Shown here piece by piece: positions 18,871 through 27,565 of a DNA stretch of 64,000 nt. The DNA is from a virus. Lineage: Duplodnaviria > Caudoviricetes. A program made the position numbers and the translations under genes. Location: the IMG/VR virus record IMGVR_UViG_3300031555_005762, positions 1-64,000 of that record, one strand, 5' to 3'. Every line of letters begins with the position of its first letter. The first letter of the stretch is position 1. Under the pieces are notes generated by a model that worked only from the letters and a program-made list of their open reading frames with translations, was not told where the DNA came from and searched no databases.

Positions 18871-19605
18871 TTACTTCTCCTCCTTCAGGAACCATTCTCT
18901 GGTATACGGGAGGGTCAGGATCCAGTCACAGAAGATGTGCCACTCATTCAACTTATGGTTCTTTCTGGCATGATACATATTCATCAGGTTTTCGTAGTTC
19001 CCTGTCCATGTTCGCATCTGATTATAGCTGGTGGGCAGGAGCTCGATCATCTGGAGCCATGCTCCCTTATCATACTTCGGATATTCGATGCTGGTTCCGT
19101 CAGGCTGACCTACATAGCCGCCTTCGTTGAAGATGGTGCGCCAGAAGTTCAGTTCTTCGATGGTGGATTCCAGAACTGCCATAGACCGGGGGACAAGTTT
19201 TTCACAGGAAAAGTTGTCTTTAGTGAATTCCTTTGCGTGGATCTTATGCATGGTGCTGCAGGAATTGGCGGTGGTAGCTACCTTGTAGGTGTCGGCTTCC
19301 TTCCACCAGTACAGGGGAGCGGTGATATCAACCGATACGAAAATCTGGCGCAGGAATTTGCGGTCGTCGCTGCCGCCTGCTATCAGGTTTTTTGCCAGTT
19401 TCATATCGTTGGGGCCGATGTGAAATACGTGGGCTGCACCGACAGATGGGCAGTTATTCTGAAACCAACAAAGATTACGGTTGAAAAGGTTTTCCTTACA
19501 CACACAATATTCGCTGTCAGATTTGTCCCAGCTGTTCATGGGGTTACGCATACCACGGATAGCGTTATCGAGGTTCATGACGGATGTGCGTTCGAGTTTG
19601 ATCAT
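18871..19605 (-). CDS. ThyX-like (flavin-dependent thymidylate synthase fold) phage protein
   Basis: RKFLRQIFVSVDITAPLYWWKE...NSCSTMHK, LPTSYNQ.R, NYENL.N.Y.ARKNHKL.EW.FC. Confidence 0.75.
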   Translation of the reverse strand: MIKLERTSVMNLDNAIRGMRNPMNSWDKSDSEYCVCKENLFNRNLCWFQNNCPSVGAAHVFHIGPNDMKLAKNLIAGGSDDRKFLRQIFVSVDITAPLYWWKEADTYKVATTANSCSTMHKIHAKEFTKDNFSCEKLVPRSMAVLESTIEELNFWRTIFNEGGYVGQPDGTSIEYPKYDKGAWLQMIELLPTSYNQMRTWTGNYENLMNMYHARKNHKLNEWHIFCDWILTLPYTREWFLKEEK

Positions 19606-19665
19606 CTTGTCTCCTTTTAGTTTGATATTCTTATTTGGTGGTAACTTCTTCTTTGCTGTGGATTG

Positions 19666-20124
19666 TTATGCGCAGACGATGCTGCGGATTTTGTCTGCTA
19701 TGCGGGTGGCTGTTTCGGTTTCGGGGGTTACTACGAAGACGGTGTCATATCCGGCGATGGTTCCGATAATCTCCGGGTCTTTGGCGTCATCCAGTGCTGT
19801 TGCCACGGACTGGGCCATGGCGGGGAAAGTATGTACTACGATCAGGTTTCCGGCGGTAGCTACGGTTTTGATCTGTTCGCTGAGGTTGGCGCTGTTGATA
19901 TAGGCTTCGGGTTTTGCGTTGCCTTTATCCGGCAGTTTCCAGACAGGCTGACCATGAAATGTGGGGATTTTGACTGCCTGCAGGTCGTTCATGTCGCTCA
20001 TCAGCTGGTACATCTGCATTTCGGCACCGTTGCTGTTCATTTCTTCCAGAATCTCTTCTCTGGTATGGAGCTCTCTGGTTTCCAGCAGAATCCGGAGCAG
20101 CTTCAGGCGGTTTTGTTTCTGCAC
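19666..20124 (-). CDS. argR: Arginine repressor (ArgR/AhrC) homologue
   Basis: N-terminal winged HTH spacing; C-terminal NLIVVHTFPAMAQSVATALD and IIGTIAGYDTVFV; GTG start with GGAGG RBS. Confidence 0.88.
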   Translation of the reverse strand: MQKQNRLKLLRILLETRELHTREEILEEMNSNGAEMQMYQLMSDMNDLQAVKIPTFHGQPVWKLPDKGNAKPEAYINSANLSEQIKTVATAGNLIVVHTFPAMAQSVATALDDAKDPEIIGTIAGYDTVFVVTPETETATRIADKIRSIVCA

Positions 20125-20150
20125 GTTACCTCCATTGCGTTATAATATTG

Positions 20151-20240
20151 TCATACCCCGGAGACTCGAACTCCGTACGGCGATTGCCGGCACCTGCTGT
20201 ATGATATTGCAAATTATGGTAACAACTGCTTTACGGTATG
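20151..20240 (-). ncRNA. tRNA-like element (acceptor stem, canonical T arm, long variable arm, degenerate D and anticodon arms)
   Basis: CATACC/GGTATG acceptor stem; T arm CGGAG-TTCGAGT-CTCCG; variable hairpin CGGC-AATC-GCCG; no 7-nt anticodon loop and no CCA. Confidence 0.5.
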
Positions 20241-20246
20241 TACTGC

Positions 20247-20268
20247 AAGACGACTTTTCGTCGTCTGT
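20247..20268 (-). terminator. Hairpin AGACGAC-GAAAA-GTCGTCT after the MrpR-like gene
   Basis: 7-bp perfect stem just downstream of the stop codon; weak U-tract. Confidence 0.45.
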
Positions 20269-20277
20269 GCGGTTGAG

Positions 20278-21297
20278 TTACTGAGAATCCCGGGGTTGTT
20301 TCTTTGCAAAATATTTTTCGAATTCCGGCTTCCGGCAGTATTCCTCGTACATTTCCCATCGGGCGAGCCATCTGCGGATACCGTGGACATCCCCTTTGTA
20401 GAATTTCGTGAAATACTCCTCAGGAGATTCGATCTGTCCCGATTCCAGTTCTGTTCTGACCTGATATAGGATCCCGCTGATATTTGCGGTATCGATGCCG
20501 TAGGTGACCTGCTTTTCTTCCGGTCTTCCTTCGTTCAAAATTTTGTTGAAGGACATGATCTCCTTGAAGACGGCTATGGGTTTTATGGGATTTACCTGTT
20601 TCCTTGATGGTCTGGGTTCCATTCTTGGACGGAGATTTTCGCAGAGGAGGAATGGACTGTTTGTGATCTTATACTTGATGAGGTAGTCCTGATCCTTGAC
20701 ATCCGGGTTCCGGACTGCATCCGAATTCCGGTACTGGAGAAAGATACTCCGGAAGGGTTCAGGGACTTCGATCTTTCTGTCCAGTGCGGTGATAGCAGTG
20801 GCGCTTTTGTTCAGGGCTGTTTTCGGCAGGTTTACGGCATCCTTTACAGATACGCCCATCCATTCCAGCATGAGGGCGAGATGCATAACGGATGGAAATT
20901 CGCTTTCATACCGGTTCAGCTCGTCTGCCAGATGCTCAGGGCTTACAAAGAAATGACGGAACTTTTCTCTGTTGGATTCGTTTTGCTGCTGCAGACTCAG
21001 AATATCTTTGTCGGCGATTTTGGCGAGGATTTCAAGCTTCTCCTCAATATCCACAGCGCCTTCCACGGTTTCTGCGGCTTTCAGATATGCCACCATGCCG
21101 TTCCGGATATTTCTGCCGGCGGCGATGGTTGTCCGGGAAAGCATTGTGGTAACAACTTCCTCAAACGACGACAGGGGGCAAGATGCGATCTCTTTAGATG
21201 CATCTGAAGAATCCTCCAGATACTTATCGTAAAATTTTCTGAAACGGTCTTCGGTATATCCTTCGTTCATGTTCTGATACACACGTTTGGTATCCAT
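20278..21297 (-). CDS. Tyrosine-recombinase-fold protein, probably a MrpR (SPbeta YopR)-like lysogeny repressor
   Basis: 339 aa; helical N-domain, then an integrase-like core (LALMLEWMGVSVKDAVNL...ITALDRKIEV); no recognisable RHxLRH catalytic box. Confidence 0.55.
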   Translation of the reverse strand: MDTKRVYQNMNEGYTEDRFRKFYDKYLEDSSDASKEIASCPLSSFEEVVTTMLSRTTIAAGRNIRNGMVAYLKAAETVEGAVDIEEKLEILAKIADKDILSLQQQNESNREKFRHFFVSPEHLADELNRYESEFPSVMHLALMLEWMGVSVKDAVNLPKTALNKSATAITALDRKIEVPEPFRSIFLQYRNSDAVRNPDVKDQDYLIKYKITNSPFLLCENLRPRMEPRPSRKQVNPIKPIAVFKEIMSFNKILNEGRPEEKQVTYGIDTANISGILYQVRTELESGQIESPEEYFTKFYKGDVHGIRRWLARWEMYEEYCRKPEFEKYFAKKQPRDSQ

Positions 21298-21306
21298 ATT
21301 ATCACC

Positions 21307-21717
21307 TCATGCGAATTGGCTGATGGGAAACTGTACCCGGAAGGCGGCTCCCAGCTTTACCATGATCTCCGGCGGGATGGTTGTAAGGCAGTCCGATACG
21401 ATCCAGTCTTTGCTGACAGGGGTGAGTTGTTCCACCATGGCAACTGACTCCAGGAGAATGCCGTCTCCCGGAATCAGTACGTGCATGGGGTAATTTTTGG
21501 ATTTTTTGGTTCTGCTGGTGGTCAGGGGAATCACCTGAATCGTCGGACTGTACTTATTGTTCTGATTATTGGACACGACGATTGCCGGGCGGATTCCGGA
21601 CTGGACGCTGCATCCGACGCCAGACTCCGGAAAAGCGATGCGGTATACGTCGCCCATGCGGATGATGCGTTCTGTGCAGATGGTTTCGGTGCCGTAGATT
21701 GTGGGGGTATATTCCAT
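21307..21717 (-). CDS. MazF/PemK-family endoribonuclease homologue
   Basis: GDVYRIAF...VQSGIRPAIVVSNNQNNKYSPTIQVIPLTT...SVAMVEQL; start MEYTPT with RBS. Confidence 0.88.
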   Translation of the reverse strand: MEYTPTIYGTETICTERIIRMGDVYRIAFPESGVGCSVQSGIRPAIVVSNNQNNKYSPTIQVIPLTTSRTKKSKNYPMHVLIPGDGILLESVAMVEQLTPVSKDWIVSDCLTTIPPEIMVKLGAAFRVQFPISQFA

Positions 21718-21765
21718 AGGGGTTTTAGCTTCTCCTTTTCTGGCATCTCTGCCTTTGATGGTCTC

Positions 21766-21795
21766 ATTATAACACAGAGACTTCGGGTTTGTCAA
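21766..21795 (-). promoter_or_regulatory. SigmaA promoter TTGACA-18-TATAAT with extended -10 TG
   Basis: Read directly, upstream of the mazF-like/mrpR-like genes. Confidence 0.8.
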
Positions 21796-21847
21796 TGGGT
21801 GGTAACAAATTATTTTTGAACGAATTGTAAATGCTTTAAGTAAAATG

Positions 21848-22468
21848 TCAGAACAGAGGGGTTCGTTTCCGGAGATAGCCGCTGTCCGGCTGGATGTAAC
21901 TGAACGGGATTACGGTGGTTCTGGTTTCGCCTTTATCGTCGTTCTGAGACATGGACATGATGACTGTACCGTCCGCAGCCCGATACCATGCAGCATTATA
22001 AGATGGTTTTGTAGTTCCGTCAGGCATTTTCATTTTTGGATCATAAGCATCACCGATCAGAGCAAAGTCCTTATATCCCCCTTCTCTGAGCGAATAATTG
22101 ATATAGGCTCTGTTGTAGTCAGTGAGCATAGGATGAGGGTGCCAGATGGCGAGATAGCGAATGCAGTCTTTACGGAGTCTGGCGAGATTTTCTGCATAAT
22201 CGTAATCGGGGTCGGGCTCAATCACCAGATCGGTCATAGAGTACAGAGACATTTTGTGGAATTTTTCGGCCATGTTCTCAAAATACTCCTCGTCTATGTA
22301 CCGGAGATAACTGGCCAGCCAGAAGCACTCTGTTTCTGCGTCTTCCAGCAGATCCACTGTGTCCTCTTCGTCCATCACGTTCAGAAGCTGTTCCATACGT
22401 TCATATGCCACGAGGACTGTTTCGGGTTTTACGCATTCTTCTTCAATTTCTGTCAGCAGCCGGATCAT
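21848..22468 (-). CDS. Hypothetical protein
   Basis: 206 aa ORF with RBS. Confidence 0.75.
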   Translation of the reverse strand: MIRLLTEIEEECVKPETVLVAYERMEQLLNVMDEEDTVDLLEDAETECFWLASYLRYIDEEYFENMAEKFHKMSLYSMTDLVIEPDPDYDYAENLARLRKDCIRYLAIWHPHPMLTDYNRAYINYSLREGGYKDFALIGDAYDPKMKMPDGTTKPSYNAAWYRAADGTVIMSMSQNDDKGETRTTVIPFSYIQPDSGYLRKRTPLF

Positions 22469-22499
22469 TCAAACACCTCCAATATTTTTGTCTTCATAT

Positions 22500-23063
22500 T
22501 CAAGCCTGCCATCTCCATATTTCGTCTCTGTGCCGCTTATAGGCACTGGCAAATCCCATGCCGCACCGGTCTGTGATGGTCACCGGGATAAATCCCCGGC
22601 GCAGGCACTCCACTTCCAGTGTGGTATATCCCATATTCTGCAGTTCCTGCATCAGCCCGTCCCGGTAGGTTTCGCTGTGCTGAAGCTGTCTTTCTACTTC
22701 CTTCGTTTTGATCCGCAGGTCTACTTCGTCGTGCATGAGCCGGTAGCCCTTGGACATGAGCCAGATGATTTCGATATACTGTTCCGGCGGGGCGGTTTTG
22801 AAATTGCCGGACAGGGCGTACACCAGAAATGTGATTCCGGCGACGCTGATATAGCTGCTCAGGTAAGCGATCAGGAGGGCGGTGAAAAACGGGGTCCCGC
22901 CTTCCAGGGTTCCCCCTACGGCTGCCATACAGATGAAGGTACACGCAAGGGTTATGGGATGGTACAAGAGTTTGACAGCAACTACACCTGCCACTTCCCT
23001 GTTGTCTTTTGCGATCTTTTCGGTGGTCTGGCGGTAGAAATCAGGGTCAATCCGGAAGTTCAT
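22500..23063 (-). CDS. Membrane protein
   Basis: Start MNFRIDP; two to three TM helices. Confidence 0.75.
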   Translation of the reverse strand: MNFRIDPDFYRQTTEKIAKDNREVAGVVAVKLLYHPITLACTFICMAAVGGTLEGGTPFFTALLIAYLSSYISVAGITFLVYALSGNFKTAPPEQYIEIIWLMSKGYRLMHDEVDLRIKTKEVERQLQHSETYRDGLMQELQNMGYTTLEVECLRRGFIPVTITDRCGMGFASAYKRHRDEIWRWQA

Positions 23064-23566
23064 CGTTTGCCTCCTTTCCGCTCTCTGGCAGAACGCATAA
23101 TGAAATAGGTATCCAGAGTGTCCTGAAGTTCCGGATATCTGCGGTGGCTGAAACGTGTATCTCCGCCGAGGTCGCAGAGGAAATAGCTTTCTGCAAAATG
23201 GGAAAACAGATTTCCGGCTTCGGTTAGGCACTTTGCGGCTTCCGGGTCTGTTGTGGGACTGACATAAGCAATTCCCTTTCCGAGATACACAGCGCCGCTT
23301 GTGACGGTGTGGTGTTCTTTCAGGGGATCAGGGTCAGGCTTGTCCAGCCAGAACCAGAAGCAATATGCGGCTCCGGGGCAGACGGCGTTATAGTTTCCGG
23401 AGGCGGCGTTCAGCTGGAATTCCGCTCCTTCTTCCGTAAGCCTTGTATAAATCCTTGTATAGGTTTTTATCTTCTCCGCATCGGGTTTCGCGTTTTTGAG
23501 AGCGTCTGTTTCCGAAATCAGCGCAGCCATTTGCTGCAGGGTTTCCAGACTTGTGTTCTCTTGCAT
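23060..23566 (-). CDS. Hypothetical protein
   Basis: 168 aa ORF directly behind a consensus promoter. Confidence 0.8.
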   Translation of the reverse strand: MQENTSLETLQQMAALISETDALKNAKPDAEKIKTYTRIYTRLTEEGAEFQLNAASGNYNAVCPGAAYCFWFWLDKPDPDPLKEHHTVTSGAVYLGKGIAYVSPTTDPEAAKCLTEAGNLFSHFAESYFLCDLGGDTRFSHRRYPELQDTLDTYFIMRSARERKGGKR

Positions 23567-23593
23567 CGAACGTGTGTTCCTTTCTGTGATGGT

Positions 23594-23622
23594 ATTATAG
23601 CATACGAACGGATGTTTGTCAA
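23594..23622 (-). promoter_or_regulatory. SigmaA promoter TTGACA-17-TATAAT
   Basis: Perfect consensus. Confidence 0.9.
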
Positions 23623-23647
23623 TGGGGTATGGGAAAATTTGTTCGGG

Positions 23648-24001
23648 TTATTCTGCGGCTGCTTCCAGGGCATCTACGGCGTCGGTGCAGTCGGACAGAA
23701 TGGAACGGAGACCTTCCAATACGGTATCCTCCAAGGTTTCCCGAAGTTCGGAGAGATCTTCGGTATCGAGGTATCCTTCTGCGTCCTGCAGGCTGGATAC
23801 GGCTTCTTCCATGGCTTCACCCTTTTCGCTCATCTGGAAAGATTCCGGCAGGTTATCGTATGCGTCCTGTTCATCGGATTCGATTTCCTCGATTTCGCCG
23901 AGGGTTTCTGTGAGAATATTTTCCGCTTCTTCCAGAAGTTCTATGGCGGACTGGGTCTTCTCGATGGCGGTCTCAATCTGTTTCCGTCGTTTTCTGTTCA
24001 T
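23648..24001 (-). CDS. Very acidic helical protein
   Basis: Start MNRKRRKQ; EQDAYDNLPESFQ.SEKGE motif; strongly D/E-rich. Confidence 0.8.
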   Translation of the reverse strand: MNRKRRKQIETAIEKTQSAIELLEEAENILTETLGEIEEIESDEQDAYDNLPESFQMSEKGEAMEEAVSSLQDAEGYLDTEDLSELRETLEDTVLEGLRSILSDCTDAVDALEAAAE

Positions 24002-24085
24002 AATCTGGTTCCTTTCTGTTACAATGTCTGTATTATACTGGGTTTTCTGGAATCTGTCAACGAGCAAATATTGGAAGTGCTTACA

Positions 24086-24463
24086 TCATGCGGAAATGGC
24101 GTTTTCGGTCATGTAGTCTTCGATCCACGCTTTGGCTTCTTCTCTGGTTCTGGTGACATAATCGGGGTACAGGCACATATAGGTTTCGAAGATGCATTCG
24201 GCGGCGATCCGGAAGGTTTCTTCTCCGTACAGTTTCTCAAGTTCCACCCAGCTGTCATAACCGTACATACCGAGGGTGATGCGGAGTTCTTCCTGGGCTT
24301 CCTTGTTGCTGAAGTAGTCCATGATGTCTACGATGCCGGTATAAATGTAGTGTTCTTCCTGAAAGGATTCCACCTGGACGAATTCGTATTCGGTATCGGT
24401 CAGGCGGCGGCAGTGCTGATTGGTATTGGGGTCGGTGCAGATCCAGTTGGTTGTGGTTGTCAT
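24086..24463 (-). CDS. Hypothetical protein
   Basis: 125 aa ORF with RBS. Confidence 0.75.
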   Translation of the reverse strand: MTTTTNWICTDPNTNQHCRRLTDTEYEFVQVESFQEEHYIYTGIVDIMDYFSNKEAQEELRITLGMYGYDSWVELEKLYGEETFRIAAECIFETYMCLYPDYVTRTREEAKAWIEDYMTENAISA

Positions 24464-24476
24464 GGTATGTACTCCT

Positions 24477-24872
24477 TTATTCGATAGGTGTTGTGAGATT
24501 TTCTTTCAGCATGATTTCATAGATGGTTTCGAGGGATTCGGGGGAGATTTTCAGATCCCAACTATACGAACGGAATGCCAGCAGAAGGTTTTCCCGGATC
24601 TTTTTATGATGGAGATATTCCTGCAGGGTATTCCAGTTTTCAAACAGGACATAATTGGAATTTTCGTCGTCTGTGGGGGTGGGGGCGTATCTGAAGGTTT
24701 CCTTATCGAAGCGGAAGGTTCGGGCGGTGCCACAGGTACAGTAGAAATATTTCCGGCCGATTTTGGAGATGGTCATTTCGATGGGGTCGTTATTGTACCT
24801 TGCGGCGTTGCCGCCGGGGATGGCGTATACGAGTTGGCCTTCGGTTATAGAGAATGGGGTGGTGTTTTGCAT
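24477..24872 (-). CDS. Hypothetical protein
   Basis: 131 aa; contains SKIGRKYFY. Confidence 0.75.
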   Translation of the reverse strand: MQNTTPFSITEGQLVYAIPGGNAARYNNDPIEMTISKIGRKYFYCTCGTARTFRFDKETFRYAPTPTDDENSNYVLFENWNTLQEYLHHKKIRENLLLAFRSYSWDLKISPESLETIYEIMLKENLTTPIE

Positions 24873-24887
24873 AGGTGGCTCCTTCGA

Positions 24888-25391
24888 TTATTTTATAAAC
24901 AGAAGTTTTTCTGCAGAGAGTTTGGTTTCGCTGCACAGCTCTTTTTCGGCAGCTCTGTATGTTTCGCCGAGCTGGCGCAGGTCATTGATTCTGTCGGAGT
25001 CATAGGGCAGCACTTTTGTGGGGGCAACTCTGCCGAGTAGTTCATATCCTTCAATGGTTACGGTGCCGTCGTTATACCAGTTTTTGATTTTGCCAGCGAT
25101 GTAATACGGCGGGTTGTCATAATTCCAGATGGCCATGAGGGGCTGTTCGGGATGGGATTCTATAGAATCACAAGCCGTTTTTGATGCTTCGATGATGATT
25201 CTGCCGTTGGACAAGGTGATATAAGTGATATACATATCCAGAACGGCATCGGACGGTTCGCTGTCAAGAATGGCTGTACTGAATACAGGAGATGCATCAT
25301 GCCATGATATTCCGGATTCTGTGCAGTCGAAAATGTCGTAGTTGCAGTTGCAGTCAAAGGTGGGGTTATTGATCAGGTCTCTGACTTTCAT
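24888..25391 (-). CDS. Hypothetical protein
   Basis: 167 aa ORF with RBS. Confidence 0.75.
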   Translation of the reverse strand: MKVRDLINNPTFDCNCNYDIFDCTESGISWHDASPVFSTAILDSEPSDAVLDMYITYITLSNGRIIIEASKTACDSIESHPEQPLMAIWNYDNPPYYIAGKIKNWYNDGTVTIEGYELLGRVAPTKVLPYDSDRINDLRQLGETYRAAEKELCSETKLSAEKLLFIK

Positions 25392-25419
25392 ATGTACTGT
25401 CCTTTCTGTTTCTTTTGGT

Positions 25420-25647
25420 TTATACCTCTATGTTGTGACACTGAATTTTGACAATATCGCCGGACTCTGTGGTGGTTGGGAGGAAACCCCATTCGTCGGA
25501 TTTAACCGGACGGTCGGCCAGTCTCGGCGGGATATGGAACAGGTCTTCGCAGTCAATCCAGCAGGCGGCAACAATCCATCCGTCCTCGCGGATGATGCAG
25601 AGTTCTCTTGTATTGGTTTGGGTTCGCAGGAATTCTCTGAGAGACAT
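25420..25647 (-). CDS. Hypothetical protein
   Basis: Start MSLREFL with GGAGG RBS. Confidence 0.75.
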   Translation of the reverse strand: MSLREFLRTQTNTRELCIIREDGWIVAACWIDCEDLFHIPPRLADRPVKSDEWGFLPTTTESGDIVKIQCHNIEV

Positions 25648-25675
25648 AGGTTGATTCCTCCTTGAAATCGTCGTC

Positions 25676-25897
25676 TTAAAACCAATTCCCTTGACTATCC
25701 TGCATAATCTCTTTACCACAATGTTTACAAACGCAATGTGTAGAGCAACCATCCGACCACTGCGGAGAATTGTCTGGTTGATGCCATCCGAGAACATCGT
25801 GATATAATTTCTTAAATAAACCTGTCTTTAAATAAATAGCAGATGCAACTATAAAAATTATTCCAACTGCAAGAAATACCTTTAATACATAAATCAT
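25676..25897 (-). CDS. Small membrane-anchored Cys/His protein (AT-rich block)
   Basis: N-terminal TM segment; HCVCKHCG. Confidence 0.7.
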   Translation of the reverse strand: MIYVLKVFLAVGIIFIVASAIYLKTGLFKKLYHDVLGWHQPDNSPQWSDGCSTHCVCKHCGKEIMQDSQGNWF

Positions 25898-25914
25898 AAT
25901 TTCACCTCATAAAA

Positions 25915-26100
25915 TCACTTTTTCAGTTTCTTAATGCACTCTATGGAATCGAGTTTATAATTTCCGCCCTGGCCATATTCAGAATGGCTCTTGCAGTATT
26001 CTCTTGCTTTAGCAGCAGCATCCTTCTTGTTTTCTGCTTCAATCTCAAACTGTTTCCAGCCAGAAAAATAGGCCTCGATTCTCATGAGATATTTATTCAT
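25915..26100 (-). CDS. Hypothetical protein (AT-rich block)
   Basis: 61 aa ORF. Confidence 0.7.
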   Translation of the reverse strand: MNKYLMRIEAYFSGWKQFEIEAENKKDAAAKAREYCKSHSEYGQGGNYKLDSIECIKKLKK

Positions 26101-26240
26101 CTTCGCATGCCTTTCTGTTTTTGATATACTTTATGATTTCAAATATAAACATTACAATCCTAAGCACGAGAACTATTGACCACAATACGATTGCTATACA
26201 GCACAAAACACTTACAATATCAAATCCAAACATAATAAAC

Positions 26241-26552
26241 TTATTCGTATTCGATGTCCCGGCAGATATCCAGGATGGTGTCTGTCAGGTTCGGGATGGA
26301 ATCGATGCCGTATCCGGTACATATTCCCATCATGTCTCCGGCCTGTTCGTCCACGATCTCGCAGCGGTGGCACCACAGTTCGTCAAAGGTATCATAATAC
26401 AGACTGATATCCAGTCTGTCATATTTTGATATGGAGCATTCCCACACTCTTGTATCGAATGTGGGCGGTTTGTCCCCTTCGCCGTTCCAGAAATCGGGGT
26501 TCATTTCTTCGAAGAATGTTGCGGCGATTTCGCAGGCTTTTCCTCTTGTCAT
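26241..26552 (-). CDS. Hypothetical protein
   Basis: 103 aa ORF with RBS. Confidence 0.75.
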   Translation of the reverse strand: MTRGKACEIAATFFEEMNPDFWNGEGDKPPTFDTRVWECSISKYDRLDISLYYDTFDELWCHRCEIVDEQAGDMMGICTGYGIDSIPNLTDTILDICRDIEYE

Positions 26553-26564
26553 ATGTGTCCTCCT

Positions 26565-27221
26565 TTACCATAGATCGTGGACATCTTTATTCAGATCCAG
26601 TGCGGTCAGCGGATAAATGTCTGTGATGTCTTTCGACATTTCCACGCCACGCTGCAGGGAGAGTTTGGTGCGGGCTTCCTCTTCGGTTTCGGCAATGACA
26701 AAGCCGCCAGAAATACCGTCCTGAATTTCAAAAATCCAGATTTTTGTGATATCCATGCATCCTCTTTTGGAGTCATCATATAACGCAAGGATGGCGGCTT
26801 TGACTCGCTCTCGCTTGACATTGATTCTATGATCCAGAATTCGGGCGTACTCTTCGTCGGTTACATCAAATTTGAGGTTGATCACATTCGGTGCTGCCCG
26901 GAAAAGAAACTCGGTGCCGTCGTAGTTGCCATAGATATTTTCTTCGACATATTCATCGTTAGATGCTTCGCTGTTCCGCAGGGAGTTCAGGAAATTATCA
27001 ATGCATGTATGCCACGTTTCGACCATGGAATCCCGATGGGTGTGAATGTTTTCCCGCAGGAATCTACAGACTTCTTCCACATCCTCTATGGCTTTGGCTC
27101 TGTCGGTGTATGTTCTCTCGAACTTAAACCAGTCACAGCTTTCCTGCGTCATGCCTCTCGGGACAAACTGGAAACCAAAATCGCCGTCGGTCTGAATGTT
27201 GATTGTGAATATGTATTTCAT
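26565..27221 (-). CDS. Hypothetical protein
   Basis: Start MKYIFTI with AAGGAGG RBS. Confidence 0.75.
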   Translation of the reverse strand: MKYIFTINIQTDGDFGFQFVPRGMTQESCDWFKFERTYTDRAKAIEDVEEVCRFLRENIHTHRDSMVETWHTCIDNFLNSLRNSEASNDEYVEENIYGNYDGTEFLFRAAPNVINLKFDVTDEEYARILDHRINVKRERVKAAILALYDDSKRGCMDITKIWIFEIQDGISGGFVIAETEEEARTKLSLQRGVEMSKDITDIYPLTALDLNKDVHDLW

Positions 27222-27232
27222 ATGCTCCTCCT

Positions 27233-27550
27233 TTACTGCAGGTGGGTTTTGACCCAATCGGGGTCCAATGTGGGGCGGCCGGTACCGTGGCACTGGAGGA
27301 CTACCTCGTCCCAGCAGTGCAGTATGCCGCAATAGTTCAGGGGAGCATTCAAGAGAATGGCGGGGATTTTTCCATAGAAATCGTCGTTCTGATATTTTTC
27401 TTTATCTTCCGGAGTTACCCATCCCCAGACACCCTCACCGTTTTCGGAATGGATATTATTTTCGGCAGGGATATTGAATTTGATAAGGCCGGCATCGAGC
27501 TGGTCTTGGGAGAGCGCATCGATAAATGCGATCTTGTTTTCGATTTTCAT
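27233..27550 (-). CDS. Hypothetical protein
   Basis: 105 aa; GEGVWGW motif. Confidence 0.75.
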   Translation of the reverse strand: MKIENKIAFIDALSQDQLDAGLIKFNIPAENNIHSENGEGVWGWVTPEDKEKYQNDDFYGKIPAILLNAPLNYCGILHCWDEVVLQCHGTGRPTLDPDWVKTHLQ

Positions 27551-27565
27551 ATTGTGATTCCTTTC

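Noticed and set aside
20151-20240. Functional tRNA with assignable anticodon
   Set aside because: No 7-nt anticodon loop, a poor D arm, a G7-G66 mismatch and ACA rather than CCA. Reported only as tRNA-like.
20278-21297. Active prophage integrase
   Set aside because: No recognisable R...HxxR...Y catalytic set and no att site seen; a repressor-like role fits better.
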